A DNA stretch of 63,342 nucleotides, filler included, from Octopus bimaculoides (lineage: Eukaryota): NCBI RefSeq assembly GCF_001194135.2. It is 6 parts of 6 records of this genome, joined end to end, with 100 filler letters (N's around TTAATTAATTAA, not from the genome) between each part and the next. Parts side by side here need not be neighbours in the genome. Positions count along the whole stretch, not along the records: positions 61,464 to 63,342 come from NC_068996.1; 5 more parts are not named here. One strand, given 5' to 3'. The position numbers and the translations under genes were made by a program. Each line of letters starts with the position of its first letter. Position 1 is the first letter of the stretch. The notes beneath the pieces are model-generated. The model was given only the letters and a program-made list of their open reading frames with translations, was not told the DNA's origin and searched no databases. Shown piece after piece: positions 63,265-63,342 of this stretch.

Positions 63265-63342
<78 letters not shown>
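63151..63342. repeat. (TG)n, (GA)n, (ACTC)n and (CT)n microsatellites
   Basis: Directly visible. Confidence 0.95.

Overview
Eukaryotic, AT-rich, gappy draft-assembly sequence (many N runs, dense (TA)n/(CA)n/(GA)n/(GATA)n/(TAA)n microsatellites). The SINE families look to me like those of an octopus (coleoid cephalopod); this is recognition, not a database result. I cannot confidently identify any intact host protein-coding gene: nearly all long ORFs in the track are microsatellite or gap artefacts, and only a few splice-site-flanked candidate exons exist. The window is intergenic/intronic and packed with mobile DNA: at least four tRNA-type/short retroposon families, R4/Dong-like and RTE-like LINE 3' ends, Penelope-like elements (PLEs, GIY-YIG remnants), mariner and Tc1 remnants, piggyBac-type TTAA MITEs and a non-autonomous Helitron. 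The most interesting signal is RNA-structural: five recognisable minimal type I hammerhead ribozyme (HHR) motifs. Two sit inside 70-100 bp inverted-repeat cassettes, one has a non-canonical core (A6U), and four share an extra purine before stem II. There is also a pre-miRNA-like hairpin at 37791-37862, several long inverted repeats that could form dsRNA, and a mariner element built from two 3' ends. Coordinates of repeat copies are read by eye and approximate at the ends.
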